Source: Pristiophorus japonicus (lineage: Eukaryota). From it: 64,000 bases of DNA. Position 1 is the stretch's first letter; each line of letters begins with the position of its first letter. The notes beneath the pieces were generated by a model. The model searched no databases. It saw only the letters and a program-made list of their open reading frames with translations, and was not told the origin of the DNA. The stretch spans positions 232,128,001 through 232,192,000 of the forward strand of contig NC_091979.1 of assembly GCF_044704955.1 (NCBI RefSeq), given 5' to 3'. This document shows positions 50,076-62,099 of this stretch, piece by piece. The translations under genes and the position numbers were made by a program.

Positions 50076-50949
50076 AGTGTGGTTACTGTTGCAATGTGGG
50101 GAAACATGTCGATCCCTGCTACTGAGAAAAGCGAAACGGCTGACGATCCCAGGTTTTAGCCGAACTTGGTCGGGAAACCCGGGAGTATTTTGCTGAACGA
50201 AGCAATAAAGGAAACTGTCCCTGTGGCCAAGAGCCGGCATGTAATAGAGACATGCACTGGGCTGCAGATTCCCCCCTGCTCCCCGGGGCAGGCTGTGATT
50301 GGCAGGTTCGCACAAGCACAGCTGCCCCGACAGTTGTGACAGGAACAGCAGGCAGCTCCAAGCCCCAGCACCCGCCTCGACAGACTGAACCCGAGGAATG
50401 TTGCTGCATCGGGGGAGGGGGTGGGGCCTGTCCTTCCCACTTCACTGTGATGCATAAATAGGGAATGGGCCTTCTGTCCCGGATCGGAGCGAGCGAGCAC
50501 CGGCTTCAGCTCACAAATCAATCAGGAGGCCCAACAATTGTCAGTTTGCGGGGAGCAAAGCCCATTGTTCAGTGATAGGATTACTCACAGCAACGACTGA
50601 GACCCTATTGAAACTGTAAGGACTTGAGAAAGGGATTGACAGGATTATTCTGTCTATCTGTGTGTCACACGGATTAGCTAGACTTGACTGAAACTGTCAA
50701 GATTCCCTCGGCCGCCTCACAATGCAGTTACAATCAATGGCTTTACTACAAGATTCCTGCATTAATATAGCGCCCCTTACAAGGTGAACATGCTGAGCGT
50801 TTTACAGGAGGCGAGAAAAATTAAAAAGCATGATTGGAGAGGTGGGAGTTAAGCGTCAAACTGAGGGGAGAACGGTCATGAGGCAGGGTGATTGTGGGGG
50901 CAGAGAGAGAGAGAGGGACACTGAGCAAGGACTGCAGGACAGCCAGGGG

Positions 50950-52118
50950 TGGCGAGGGGGGACGGGAGCGGAGAGGGTGGGGAACGAAGGGTGGAGAGGG
51001 GAGACGGGAGTGGAGGGGGGGAGACGAGGGGTGGAGGGGGGGACGGCTGTGGAGGGGGGGAGACGAGGGGTGGAGGGGGGGACGGGAGTGGAGGGGGGGA
51101 GACGAGGGGTGGAGGGGGGGGAGACGAGGGGTGGAGGGGGGGAGACGAGGGGTGGAGGTGGGGAGACGAGGGGTGGAGGGGGGGGACGATGGGTGGAGGG
51201 GGGGGACGAGGGGTGGAGGGGGGGGACGAGGGGTGGAGGTGGGGAGACGAGGGGTGGAGGGGGGGACGAGGGGTGGAGGGGGGGACGAGGGGTGGAGGGG
51301 GGGGACGAGGGGTGGAGGGGGGGACGAGGGGTGGAGGGGGGGGACGAGGGGTGGAGGGGGGGGACGAGGGGTGGAGGGGGGGACGAGGGGTGGAGGGGGG
51401 GGACGAGGGGTGGAGGGGGGGGACGAGGGGTGGAGGGGGGGGACGAGGGGTGGAGGGGGGGACGGGGTAGAGAGGGGGGGACGAGGGGATGAGGGAGGGG
51501 TGGAGGGGGGGACAAGGGGTGGAGGGGGGACGAGGGGTGGAGGGGGGACGAGGGGGGGACGAGGGGATGAGGGAGGGGTGGAGGGGGGGACAAGAGGTGG
51601 AGGGGGGGACGAGGTGGAGGGGGGACGAGGGGTGGAGGGGGGATGAGGGGGGGACGAGTGGTGGATGGGGGGGTGAGGGGTGGAGGGGGGGGGCGAGGGG
51701 TGGAGGGGTGGAGGGGGGTGGAGGGGAGGGCGAGGGCTGGAGGGGGGGACGAGGGCTGGAGGGGGGGACGAGGGGTGGAGGGGGGGACGAGGGGTGGAGG
51801 GGGAGACGAGGGGTGGAGTGGGGGACGAGGGCTGGAGGGGGGGAACGAGGAGATGAGGGGAGGACGAGGGGATGAGGGGGGGACGAGTGGTGGATGGGGT
51901 GGAGGGGGGGCGAGGGGGGGATGAGGGGTGGAAGGGGGGACGAGGGGTGGAGAAGGGGGGACGAGGGGTGGAGAAGGGGGGACGAGGGGTGGATGGGGGG
52001 GACGAGGGGTGGATGGGGGGGACGAGGGGTGGATGGGGGGGACGAGGGGTGGATGGGGGGGACGAGGGGTGGAGAGGGGGGACGAGAGAGGAATGAGGGG
52101 GGAGAGGGGAATGAGGGG
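50950..52118. repeat. G-rich ~19-20-bp minisatellite (gacgaggggtggagggggg)n
   Basis: Strongly purine- and G-run-rich on the + strand for ~1.17 kb. Confidence 0.95.
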
Positions 52119-52165
52119 TAATCCAGTGTTGGGCATTACCGATCATTCTTACCTGTGCTGCCCAG

Positions 52166-52334
52166 GTGAGTGACATGGCTCACTCGATGAATCCGGCCCT
52201 GATAGCTCTGGCCTGTGGCTCCTATCGACGCGGGAAGCCCACCTGTGGGGATGTGGACGTTCTCATCACACATCCGGATGGAAAATCGCACAGAGGCGTC
52301 TTCAGTAAAATCCTGGATGGTCTGAGGGACACAG
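52166..52334 (+). CDS. POLL: POLL exon: catalytic palm (GSYRRG...GDVD)
   Basis: cccag|[56 protein letters not shown](G)|gtgaga; 169 nt. Confidence 0.97.
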
Positions 52335-52436
52335 GTGAGAGTCGCGGGGCGATCCGGTAACGGGTACAGGTGGCAGAGCATCGATCTCTGCAGAGCCCCG
52401 TCATGGAGGCAGAGCTTGGAGCCCTCAGGCAGGATC

Positions 52437-52735
52437 TCAGTGGGCAGCACTCTCGCCTCTGAGTCAGGAGGTTGTGGGTTCCAGTCCCACTCCAGAGACT
52501 TGAGCACATAATCCAAGCAGACACTCCCAGTGCAGTGCTGAGGGAGCGCCGCACTGTCGGAGGGGCAGTACTGAGGGAGTACTGCACTGTCGGAGGTGCC
52601 ATCTTTTGGATGAATTGTTAAGCTGAGGCCCCGTCTGCCCTCTCAGGTAGATGTAAAAGATCCCATGGCACTATTTCGAAGAAGAGCAGGGGAGTTATCC
52701 TCCGTATCCTGGCCAATATTTTTCCCTCAACCAAT
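52437..52735 (+). mobile_element. Deu-type SINE (partial)
   Basis: tRNA head and body as at 10735. Confidence 0.75.
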
Positions 52736-52947
52736 TTTACTCTATCTAACCCGTGCTGTACCTGCCCTGGGAGTGTTTGATGAGACAGTGTAGAGGGAGC
52801 TTTACTCTGTATCTAACCCCGTGTTGTACCTGACTCGAACCTGTACTGAGTAGATTTTGAAACCTCTAAAGGAGATCTCTCAGTTTCACAAACACAAAGA
52901 ATATTTTTGGGAAGATGTTTATTGACTCCTGAATTTCCGGTTGAAAG

Positions 52948-53309
52948 GATTTCTCACCGACGACCTGGTCACTCAGGAGGACAGCGGGAATCAGAAGAAG
53001 TATCTGGGAGTGTGCCGTCTCCCGGGTCCCGGGCACCGTTACCGGCGACTGGACATCATCGTGGTGCCACACCACGAGTTCGCCTGTGCCCTGATGTACT
53101 TCACTGGATCGGCGTACTTTAACCGCTCCATGCGGGCGCTGGCCATGACCAAGGGCATGAGCCTGTCGGAACACTCGCTGAACTGCCACGTTCTGAGGAA
53201 GGGGAGCGCCAAGATCAACACCGGGATTGCCGTCTCCACGCCCACTGAATTAGCTGTCTTCGAGCAGCTGGGGCTGCCGTACCGGGAACCACGCGAGAGG
53301 GACTGGTGA
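52948..53309 (+). CDS. POLL: POLL terminal coding exon (palm/thumb)
   Basis: aag|(G)FLTDDLV...RRLDIIVV...[18 protein letters not shown]...LSEH...STPTE...[11 protein letters not shown]. Total CDS 1761 nt = 586 aa. Confidence 0.97.
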
Positions 53310-53669
53310 CACACGAGGGGACGGCAGGAGCTCGTCCCTCTCTCTGCGGCCCGGTGGGTAAGTGCTCCGATTCACCCCCGGCCTCAATTTTGGGGGAGAG
53401 AGTCTCCGATTTCCACGACCCTTTGTGTGTGAAGAAGTGCTCCCTAACATCACCACTGTACGACCTAGCTCTAATTACGGCACCAAGTGGGGGGGGATCT
53501 TACATTTCATCCGGTGTGGCACTGAGGCACACTCGCCAGTAACACGTCCAATTCGATTGGCCGTCTGTGCTGAGCTGCCTGTGGGTGGCTCTCAGCACCC
53601 CAACACCCCCCCCCCCCCGCCCTGGTGTCAATAAGACGCAACAACAGCCCTTCAGTGAGCAAAGCAGCT

Positions 53670-56600
53670 GATTCTTTATAAATAGAGGCATAGAGTACAA
53701 ACACGTCTGTTATGCTCAACCTATATAGATCACTGGTTAGGCCCCAGCTGGAGTATTGTGTCCAATTCTGGGCACCACACTTTAGGAAGGATGTCAAGCC
53801 CTTGGAGAGGGTGCAGAGGAGATGAAGGATTTCAGTTAGGCGGAACAGACTGGAGAAGCTGGGGTTGTTCTCCTCGGAGCAGAGAAGGTTAAGAGGAGAT
53901 TTAATAGAGATGTTCAAAATAATTAAATAATTTTGGGTTTTGATAGAGTCAACCAATGTATGCACTGGCAGAAGGGTCAGTAGAGGACACAGATATAAGG
54001 TGATCGGCGAAAGAACCAGAGGGGGAGATGAGGAGAGAGTTTTTCATGCAACGAGTTGTGATCTGGAACACGCTGCCTGAAAGGGCTGTGGAAGCAGATT
54101 CAATAGTAACTTTCAAAAGGGAATTGGATAGATACTTGAAAAGGAAACGTTTGCAGGGCTGTGGGGAAAGAGCAGGGGGGGTGGGATTGATTGAATTGCT
54201 CTTTCAGGCACAGGCACGATGGGCCGAATGGCCTCCTTTGCTGTATGATTCTATGCCTCTGCTGATTTGCTACACCTTACCCTTGGCTGCACATTCAATC
54301 CCTCAGATCCCGGGTAATATTCCACCCTCTGCAGTACAGACTGTGTATGCCTCCGATCCGTGGGCTGTGCGAGGAGACTGAACAGGTCGGGCTCTTCCCA
54401 CCGCCCCCCCCCCCCCCCCCCACCCCGGGTAAGGAGCCTACAACAGCCCACTATCCCATGCTCACATATGCTTGTCAATTAGCCCCATGAGCATGTACCG
54501 CCATTCAATTGGATCATGGCGGATCTGTATCTTAACTCCCTTTACCCGCCTTGGTTCAATTCCATTGCCCTTAATACCATTGCCTAACAAATATCTGTCA
54601 GTCTCAGTTTTGAAAGCTCCAATTGAACCCCAGCCTCAATAGCTTTTTGGGGGAAAGAGAGTTCCAGATTTTCACTCCCCTCTGTATGTGGAAAAAGTGC
54701 TTCCTGACATCACCCCTGAACGACTTGGCTCTAACACGACATCAAATTAGGAGGATAGTCAATACAAAGGAGAACTGCAAAAAAATTACAAGACATTCAT
54801 GAATAGGTATTACAGTTTGGTAAGGGAAATAAGGAGGTCACATACTCCTTGGAAAATAAGATTCTAAATGGTGGGAAGGAGCAAAGTGATCTGTGAGTAC
54901 AAATACACAAATCACTGAAAGTAGCGATGCAGGTTAATAAGGCCGTAACAGGCAAACCAAGCAATGGGGTTCATTCCCAGAGGGATAGATAGAAAAGTAG
55001 TGAAGTTATGCTAAACTTGTATCAGACCTTGGTTAGACCACAATTCAAGTACTGCGAACAGTTTTGGTCTTCAAATTATAAAAAGGATATAGAGGCACTG
55101 GAGAGAGTGCAAAGAAAAAAGATTTACAAGGATGATACCAGAATGCGAGGTTATAACTATCAGGAAAGGATGAACAGGCTGAGTCCCTTTTTTTTCCCTT
55201 GAAAAGAGAAAGCTAAGAGGTGATCTAAAGAGGTCTTTTTAAAATTATGAAAGGGTTTGATAGGGTGGACACAGAGGGAGAAATTGTACCTCCCGTTCGC
55301 GCCTCCGGGAGGCGATAACGAGATCAGCGACTCACGTTAAATTCGGCAGGAGTTTTGCACAGGTAGTGGGATGTTGCACCCCGACTACCTTCACCCGGAG
55401 ATCGTGACATTATCGCCTGCGCAGCACCCCGGATCCAAACTTGCGTTCCACCCCCTGCAGCATCGCTGGACGAAAACACTGGCAGCTGCAGGAGGCGTCC
55501 ATTGGGAGGCCGGGCACTTTGGGGGCGATGCTTAAAAGGCGAGGTCGCCTTGGCCTCAAATTTTTTTACCTGGTCTTCTGCCCGCAATCGATCAGCCCGG
55601 GACTCTGCTGCAGTGTGTGGGTCTGATCGGGCCGTATCGCGGGAATGTGTGGGTGTGATCGGGCCGGATCGTGGGAATACATGGGTCTGATTGGGCCGGA
55701 TCGCGGGAATGCGTGGGTGTGATCTGGCCGGAACGCGGGAATACGTGGGTCTGATTGGGCCGGATCGCGGGAATATGTGGGTCTGATCGGGCCGGATCGC
55801 GGGAATGCGTGGGTCTGATCGGGCCGGATCGTGGGAATATGTGGGGCTGATCGGGCCGGATCGCGGGAGTGTGTGTGTCTGATCGGGCCGGATCGCGGGA
55901 ATGCGTGGATCTGATCGGGTCGGATCGCTGCTGCAGTGTGTGGGGCTGATCGGGCCGGATCGCGGGAATGTGTGGGTCTGATCGGGCCGGATCGCGGGAA
56001 TGCGTGGATCTGATCGGGCCGGATTGCGGCTGCAGTGCGTGGGGCTGATCGGGCCGGATCGCGGGAATGTGTGGGTCTGATCGGGCCGGATCGCGGGAAT
56101 GTGTGGGTCTGATTGGGCCGGATCGCGGGAATGTGTGGGTCTGATCGGGCCGGATCGCGGGAATGCGTGGATCTGATCGGGCCGGATTGCGGCTGCAGTG
56201 CGTGGGGCTGATCGGGCCGGATCGCGGGAATGTGTGGGTCTGATTGGGTCGGATCGCGGGAATGTGTGGGTCTGATTGGGCCGGATCGCGGGAATGTGTG
56301 GGTCTGATTGGGCCGGATTGCGGGAATGTGTGGGTCTGATCGGGCCGGATCGTGGCTGTTGTCGAGGACCAGCTCACTGGTCCCAATGCTGAGCCTGCAG
56401 CGATGGCCCTTCCCTTTAAGGGAGGGAAGGAGCCTCCAATCGCGGCAATAGTGCATGGCCCAGTGTGCGCTGCTCTACTCACCGCCCCGCCTGATTCCTG
56501 TTGCTCTCCAGGAAGACACGCAGCACCTGATTTTAGTGTTCCACTTCCTACCTGGAGCGCAAACACCAATTTTTTTTTAAGTTTGAAAACATTAGCGCCT

Positions 56601-56980
56601 GGCACTAGCCTTTCAAACTTTTAAAAGTGAGCACCCCAAACAGGGTGCTCCTCAATTTCTCCGCCAGAGTGTTTCCACTTGTGGGGAAGAGTAAATCTAG
56701 AAGCCATCAATACAAGATAGTCAAGAAATCAAATAGGGAATTACAAAAATTCTTTATCCAGACAGTGGTGCAAATGTGGAACATGCTACCACAGCGAGTG
56801 GTTGAGGCAAATAGCAGAGATGCATTTAAGGGGAAGCTGGATAAACAAATGAGGGAGAAAGGAATAGAGGGATATGTTGATGGAGTGAGAAGAGGGGTGG
56901 GAGGAGGCTGGTGTGGAGCATAAACACGACACGGAGTGGTTGGGCCGAATGGCCTGTTTCTGTGTTATATATTCTATGTA
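53670..56980 (+). mobile_element. CR1 fragments: 53670-54255 (+), 54495-54735 (-), 54735-55273 + 56666-56980 (+, split by a MITE)
   Basis: CR1 3' ORF motifs; gatagggtggacac... resumes as agagtgtttccacttgtgggg. Confidence 0.82.
55274..56665. mobile_element. Harbinger-like MITE containing a 32-bp tandem array (~55605-56353, ~23 units)
   Basis: Termini GAGGGAGAAATTG / CAATTTCTCCGCC (11/13); unit gtgggtctgatcgggccggatcgcgggaatgt. Confidence 0.8.
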
Positions 56981-57674
56981 ATTTTAATAAATTTATGATA
57001 TTGCCCCGTTGTTCTGGAACCCCCCCCCCCCCCAACCATAGGAAACAGTTTCTCTCTAGCTACCCTATCAACTCTTTTAATCTTAAACACTATTAAAGTG
57101 TAGCAAAGTATATTAACCCCTGAGGCCTTTTTTAAGTAGCTATATTTAATGCCCCTCGCTCAGTGTTCCCTGTCCCTCTGGGGCTGTGGGTGGGGGGAAT
57201 TGCCTTAAGGCTGACTGACCCAAGAGGCTGCTGTTCGCTCCAAGCCAAAACGGGATTTGTCGCCGCCTTGTGGCCAGAAATCAAATTTTTCCTGTTGAAT
57301 ATTTAAAGAGGAATATGGGTTACCCAACCAGCAAAAGTTTGGAAAGTGTGTGTGCAATTTCTATTTGCTGGGTGCATAACTGAATGTTCAGGAAGGGTCT
57401 ACCCTCAGGTCTGTGCTGCTGGAGTTGGCTGATTTTAGCCAAGGGTAGCTGATGGCCAGACACTGCCACTGGCCTCAGTTCTCCTGGATAGGTTAGAAAT
57501 CAAATCAGGCCCTTCTGATCACTGCAATGAGCCCCGATGGAAAGTGCGCGCGTGGACACTGATCAAAGGGCTCGGCTGTGAGTCCTCCACAGTTGAACAA
57601 CTGCCGACAGCCACTGTCCAGAGTCGGGAAGGGAGGATACCCATCACCTGAGTGACTATCCCAGTGGGAGTCAG

Positions 57675-59985
57675 GGGGTGTCAGAAGGGCGGTAAGAGAA
57701 GGGATAACCAGCCGTGGATAACCAAGGAAATAAAGGAGAGTATTAAATCAAAGACTAATACGTATAAGGTGGCCAAGGTTAGTGGGAAAATAGAAGATTG
57801 GGAAAATTTTAAACGACAGCAAAGAATGACTAAGAAAGCAATAAAGAAAGGAAAGATAGATTACAAAGGTAAACTTGCGCAAAATATAAAAACGGATAGT
57901 AAAAGCTTTTACAGATATATAAAACGGAAAAGAGTGACTAAAGTAAATGTTGGTCCCTTAGAAGATGAGAAGGGGGATTTAATAATGGGAAATGTGGAAA
58001 TGGCTGAGACCTTAAACAATTATTTTGCTTCGGTCTTCACAGTGGAAGACACAAAAACCATGCCAAAAATTGCTGGTCACAGGAATGTGGGAAGGGAGGA
58101 CCTTGAGACAATCACTATCACTAGGGGGGTAGTGCTGGACAGGCTAATGGGACTCAAGGTAGACAAGTCCCCTGGTCCTGATGAAATGCATCCCAGGGTA
58201 TTAAAAGAGATGGCGGAAGTTATAGCAGATGCATTCGTTATAATCTACCAAAAGTCTCTGGACTCTGGGGAGGTACCAGCAGATTGGAAAGCAACTAATG
58301 TAACGCCTCTGTTTTAAAAAAGGGGCAGACAAAAGGCAGGTAACTATAGACCGGTTAGTTTAACATCTGTAGTGGGGAAAATGCTTGAAGCTATCATGAA
58401 GAAATAGCGGGACATCTAGATAGGAATAGTGCAATCAAGCAGACGCAGCATGGATTCATGAAGGGGAAATCATGTTTAACTAATTTACTGGAATTCTTTG
58501 AGGATATAACGAGCATGGTGGATAGAGGTGTACTGATGGATGTGGTGTATTTAGATTTCCAAAAGGCATTCGATAAAGTGCCACACAAAAGGTTACTGCA
58601 GAAGATAAGGGTACGCGGAGTCAGAGGAAATGTATTAGCATGGATAAAGAATTGGCTGGCGAACAGAAAGCAGAGAGTCGGGATAAATGGGTCCTTTTTG
58701 GGTTGGAAATCGGTGGTTAGTGGTGTGCCACAGGGATCGGTGCTGGGACCACAACTGTTTACAATATACATAGATGACCTGGAAGAGGGGACAGAGTGTA
58801 GTGTAACAAAATTTGCAGATGACACAAAGATTAGTGGGAAAGCGGGTTGTGTAGAGGACACAGAAAGGCTGCAAAGAGATTTAGATAGGTTAAGCGAATG
58901 GGCTAAGGTTTGGCAGATGGAATACAATGTTGGAAAGTGTGAGGTCATCCACCTTGGGGGAAAAAAACAGCAAAAGGGAATATTATTTGAATGGAGAGAA
59001 ATTACAACATGCTGCGGTGCAGAGGGACCTGGGAATCCTTGTGCATGAAACTCTTTTTGGAGTTTATCTGCAAAACAAAACACATTAAACCGTGCCACCC
59101 GACCTGGGTGACACACCAGACATTTACAAGGCCCTTTTTTCCTTTTTTTTGGTTTTTTTTTTTTCCCCTTCTTTTTTTTTTTTTTTTGGGCACTAAAATC
59201 ACAATTTTTCCCCAGTGCCCCCTATAAAAGGGAAGGGGACACTAAAAACACCGGCAATTAAAACAAATTAAACTTTATAACGTAAATCAAATGAATCCCA
59301 AAAAGTTAGTTTGCAGGTGCAGCAGATAATCAGGAAGGCGAATGGAATGTTGGACTTCATTGCGAGAGGGATGGTGTACAAAAGCAGGGAGGTCCTTCTG
59401 CAACTGTATAGGGTATTGGTGAGGACGCACCTGGAGTACTGCGTGCAGTTTTGGTCACCTTACTTAAGGAAGGATATACTAGCTTTGGAGTGAGTACAGA
59501 GACGGTTCACGAGGCTGATTCCGGAGATGAGGGGGTTACCTTATGATGATAGATTGAGTAGACTGGGTCTTTACTCGTTGGTGTTCAGAAGGATGAGGGG
59601 TGATCTTATAGAAACATTTAAAATAATGAAAGGGATAGACAAGATAGAGGCAGAGAGGTTGTTTCCACTGGTCGGGGAGACTAGAACTAGGAGGCACAGC
59701 CTCAAAATACGGGGGAGCCAATTTAAAACCAAGTTGAGAAGGAATTTCTTCTCCCAGAGGGTTGTGAATCTGTGGAATTCTCTGCCCAAGGAAGCAGTTG
59801 AGGCTAGCTCATTGAATGTATTCAAGTCACAGAGAGATAGATTTTTAACCAATAAGGGAATTAAGGGTTACAGGGAGAGGGCGGGTAAGTGGAGCTGAGT
59901 CCACAGCCAGATCAGCCATGATCTTGTTAAATGGTGGAGCAGGCTCGAGGGGCTAGATAGCCTACTCCTGTTCCTAATTTTTATG
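57675..59985 (+). mobile_element. CR1, nearly identical to 42163-44220 but inverted; contains a Tx1-type insert at 59050-59290
   Basis: Shared peptides KRRDNQPWITKEIKESIKSK and EDITSMVDRGVLMDVV. Confidence 0.95.
59050..59290 (-). mobile_element. Tx1-type LINE 3'UTR fragment with ATGAA TSD
   Basis: Reverse complement of 34160-34388; ATGAA at 59045-59049 and 59291-59295. Confidence 0.78.
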
Positions 59986-60115
59986 TGTATCATGTTTCTC
60001 TCTCATGGACACACTTCCCCAGAATTCTATTTCATCCTTTTTAAATCTGTAAATGTCCCTTTTAGAGAGATTTGCTGTGTTTTGGCAACATGTAACTGTA
60101 CGTTTGTATATGTTT

Positions 60116-60127
60116 AATAAAAATAAA
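60116..60127 (+). terminator. Candidate POLL poly(A) signals (AATAAA x2)
   Basis: tgtacgtttgtatatgtttAATAAAAATAAAA in unique, UTR-like sequence. Confidence 0.45.
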
Positions 60128-60599
60128 AGTCAGGCCGCATTGAGTAGAGCCACAGGGTAATTCCACTCTCGGGCTTTGTTTCAGATATGGTTCTGTGCAG
60201 TTCTCTCAAGTGGCTGGACAAGTGTGCGATCTGTTCTCAGTTCATTGGCACATCACGCATCGCAATAAATAATAATAGATCTTTGCCTCATCTCCATTTG
60301 CCCCTGCTTCACCATTTCCTGGACTGGCCCAGGCTGAGCGAGTCCAGGCACTCGGAGACAGACTGAGCCAGGCTGACGTGGTCAATGATCCCTGACATGG
60401 CTGAATCTCCATTCCTCAACCAGACCGGGTCAGGATGGCAAATGTTCTTCCCTAAAGGACATTAGTGAACCATTGGGGGTTTTTTATGACAATCCCACAG
60501 CTTCATGGTTGTTTGATTTGTTTTAAGCTGAATTCAGATTCTCTGTGGTGGGATTTGAACTCAAGTTCTCTGGATTATGTCGTTATGTAGCTGGTACAC

Positions 60600-60990
60600 A
60601 AGAGTTTAGAAGAATGAGAGATGATCTCATTGAAACATACAACATTCTTACAGGGCTTAACAATGTAGAGGCAGGAAGAATGTTTCATCTGGCTGAGGTG
60701 GGGTTTAGAACCAGGGGTCACAGTCTCAGAATAAAGAGTCGGTCATTTAGGACTGAGATGAGGAGAAATTTCTTCACTCAGAGGGTGGCGAATCTCTGGA
60801 ATTCTCTATCCCAGAGGGCTGTGGATGCTTAGTCTTTGAGTATATTCAAAACAGAGATTGATAAGATTTTGGGGTATTAAGAGATATGGGGATAATGCAG
60901 GAAAGTGGAGTTGAGGTAGATCAGCCACGATCTCATTGGTGGAGCAGGCTCGAGGGGCCGAATGGTCAACTCCTGCTCCTAATTCTTATG
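60600..60990 (+). mobile_element. CR1 3' fragment
   Basis: EFRRMRDDLIETY...WNSLSQRAVDA. Confidence 0.85.
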
Positions 60991-61677
60991 TGGTACTACC
61001 ATAATCCTCCCCCCTTTAAAGGGTTACTGTCCCCTACCTGCAATCACGTTGGCATTGAGGGACCCACTTTAGAGTGGGTGCAAACATTGCACGACCAGTG
61101 ATATTATCTATTAGTTAATGACCAAGTGCAACAATGGCCTCTCACGTCAGCGCGAGGGTCTCATTTTTTCTGCCTGGCGTTGGGACGTGCCTGATGGTTC
61201 GTGGACGCAATTCACACGCGGGTGAGGATCAGAAACCAAATGAAACATGGGCCGAGGAAGGCAGAGACACTGCTGACTGCCCAATGTGCCCGCATAACAC
61301 TAAGGTGTGAGATGTGACAAGTGACAAGGATTTGTTAACCCTCAGTTCGAAGGAGAACTGGAACTGCAGGAGAGGCTCCGGATCAATAACCACACTGCAG
61401 CCAGATCTTTCCGTTGGGAGCGGTGAGTCGGAGAGTATCGCACCATTTCGCTTGGTTTCATGGAGTCTGTTGTGTGAGGGGAGGAGCAGGTGCTGCAGCA
61501 GCTCACACCTCAGGTTCAATCCTTGTATTGCCGAGAGTTAATCAAGGTGTTTAAAAGGTTTAAAGAACTTGACAGGGTAGATACAGAAAAAAAGATTTCC
61601 TCTGCTGGGGTAATAAAAATAAGGGGGCATAATCTTAAAATTAGGGTTTGGCCTTTTCGAAGTAAAATCAGGACAAT

Positions 61678-62005
61678 GTGGGCATCGCTGGCAAGACCAG
61701 CATTTATTGCCCATCCCTAATTGCCCTTGAGGTGGTGGTGAGCCACCTTCTTGAACCACTGTTTTTTGTAGCAGTTTGGTACAACTGAGTGGCTTGCTGG
61801 GCCATTTCAGAGGACAGTTCAGAGTCAACCATGTTGCTGTGGGTCTGGAGTCACATATAGACCAGATCAGATAAGGACAGCAGATTTCTAAAGGACATCA
61901 ATGAACCAGATGGGTTTTTACAGTAAGCCTGATAGCTTTTTATTCCAGATTTATTTCATTAACTGAATTTAAATTCCCCAGCTGTCATGGTGGGATTTGA
62001 ACTCA
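61678..62005 (-). mobile_element. V-SINE (HE1-like), near full length; related remnants at 60420-60590 (-) and 47835-48045 (+)
   Basis: B box GAGTTCAAATCCC, V-domain-like core gtgactccagacccacagcaac; tail shared with the LINE at 22480. Confidence 0.7.
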
Positions 62006-62099
62006 TTATATAGACACATACAGCACAGGAGGTGGCCAATCAGCCCATAGTCTCTGAGCTGGCTCTTTGAAAGATCTATTCAATTTCTGCCAAATCTGT

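Noticed and set aside
50821-52176. Extensin-like polyproline ORFs (451 and 426 aa)
   Set aside because: Translation of a G-run minisatellite.
55566-56605. 296- and 337-aa repetitive ORFs
   Set aside because: The 32-bp unit is not a multiple of 3, and the array lies inside a MITE.
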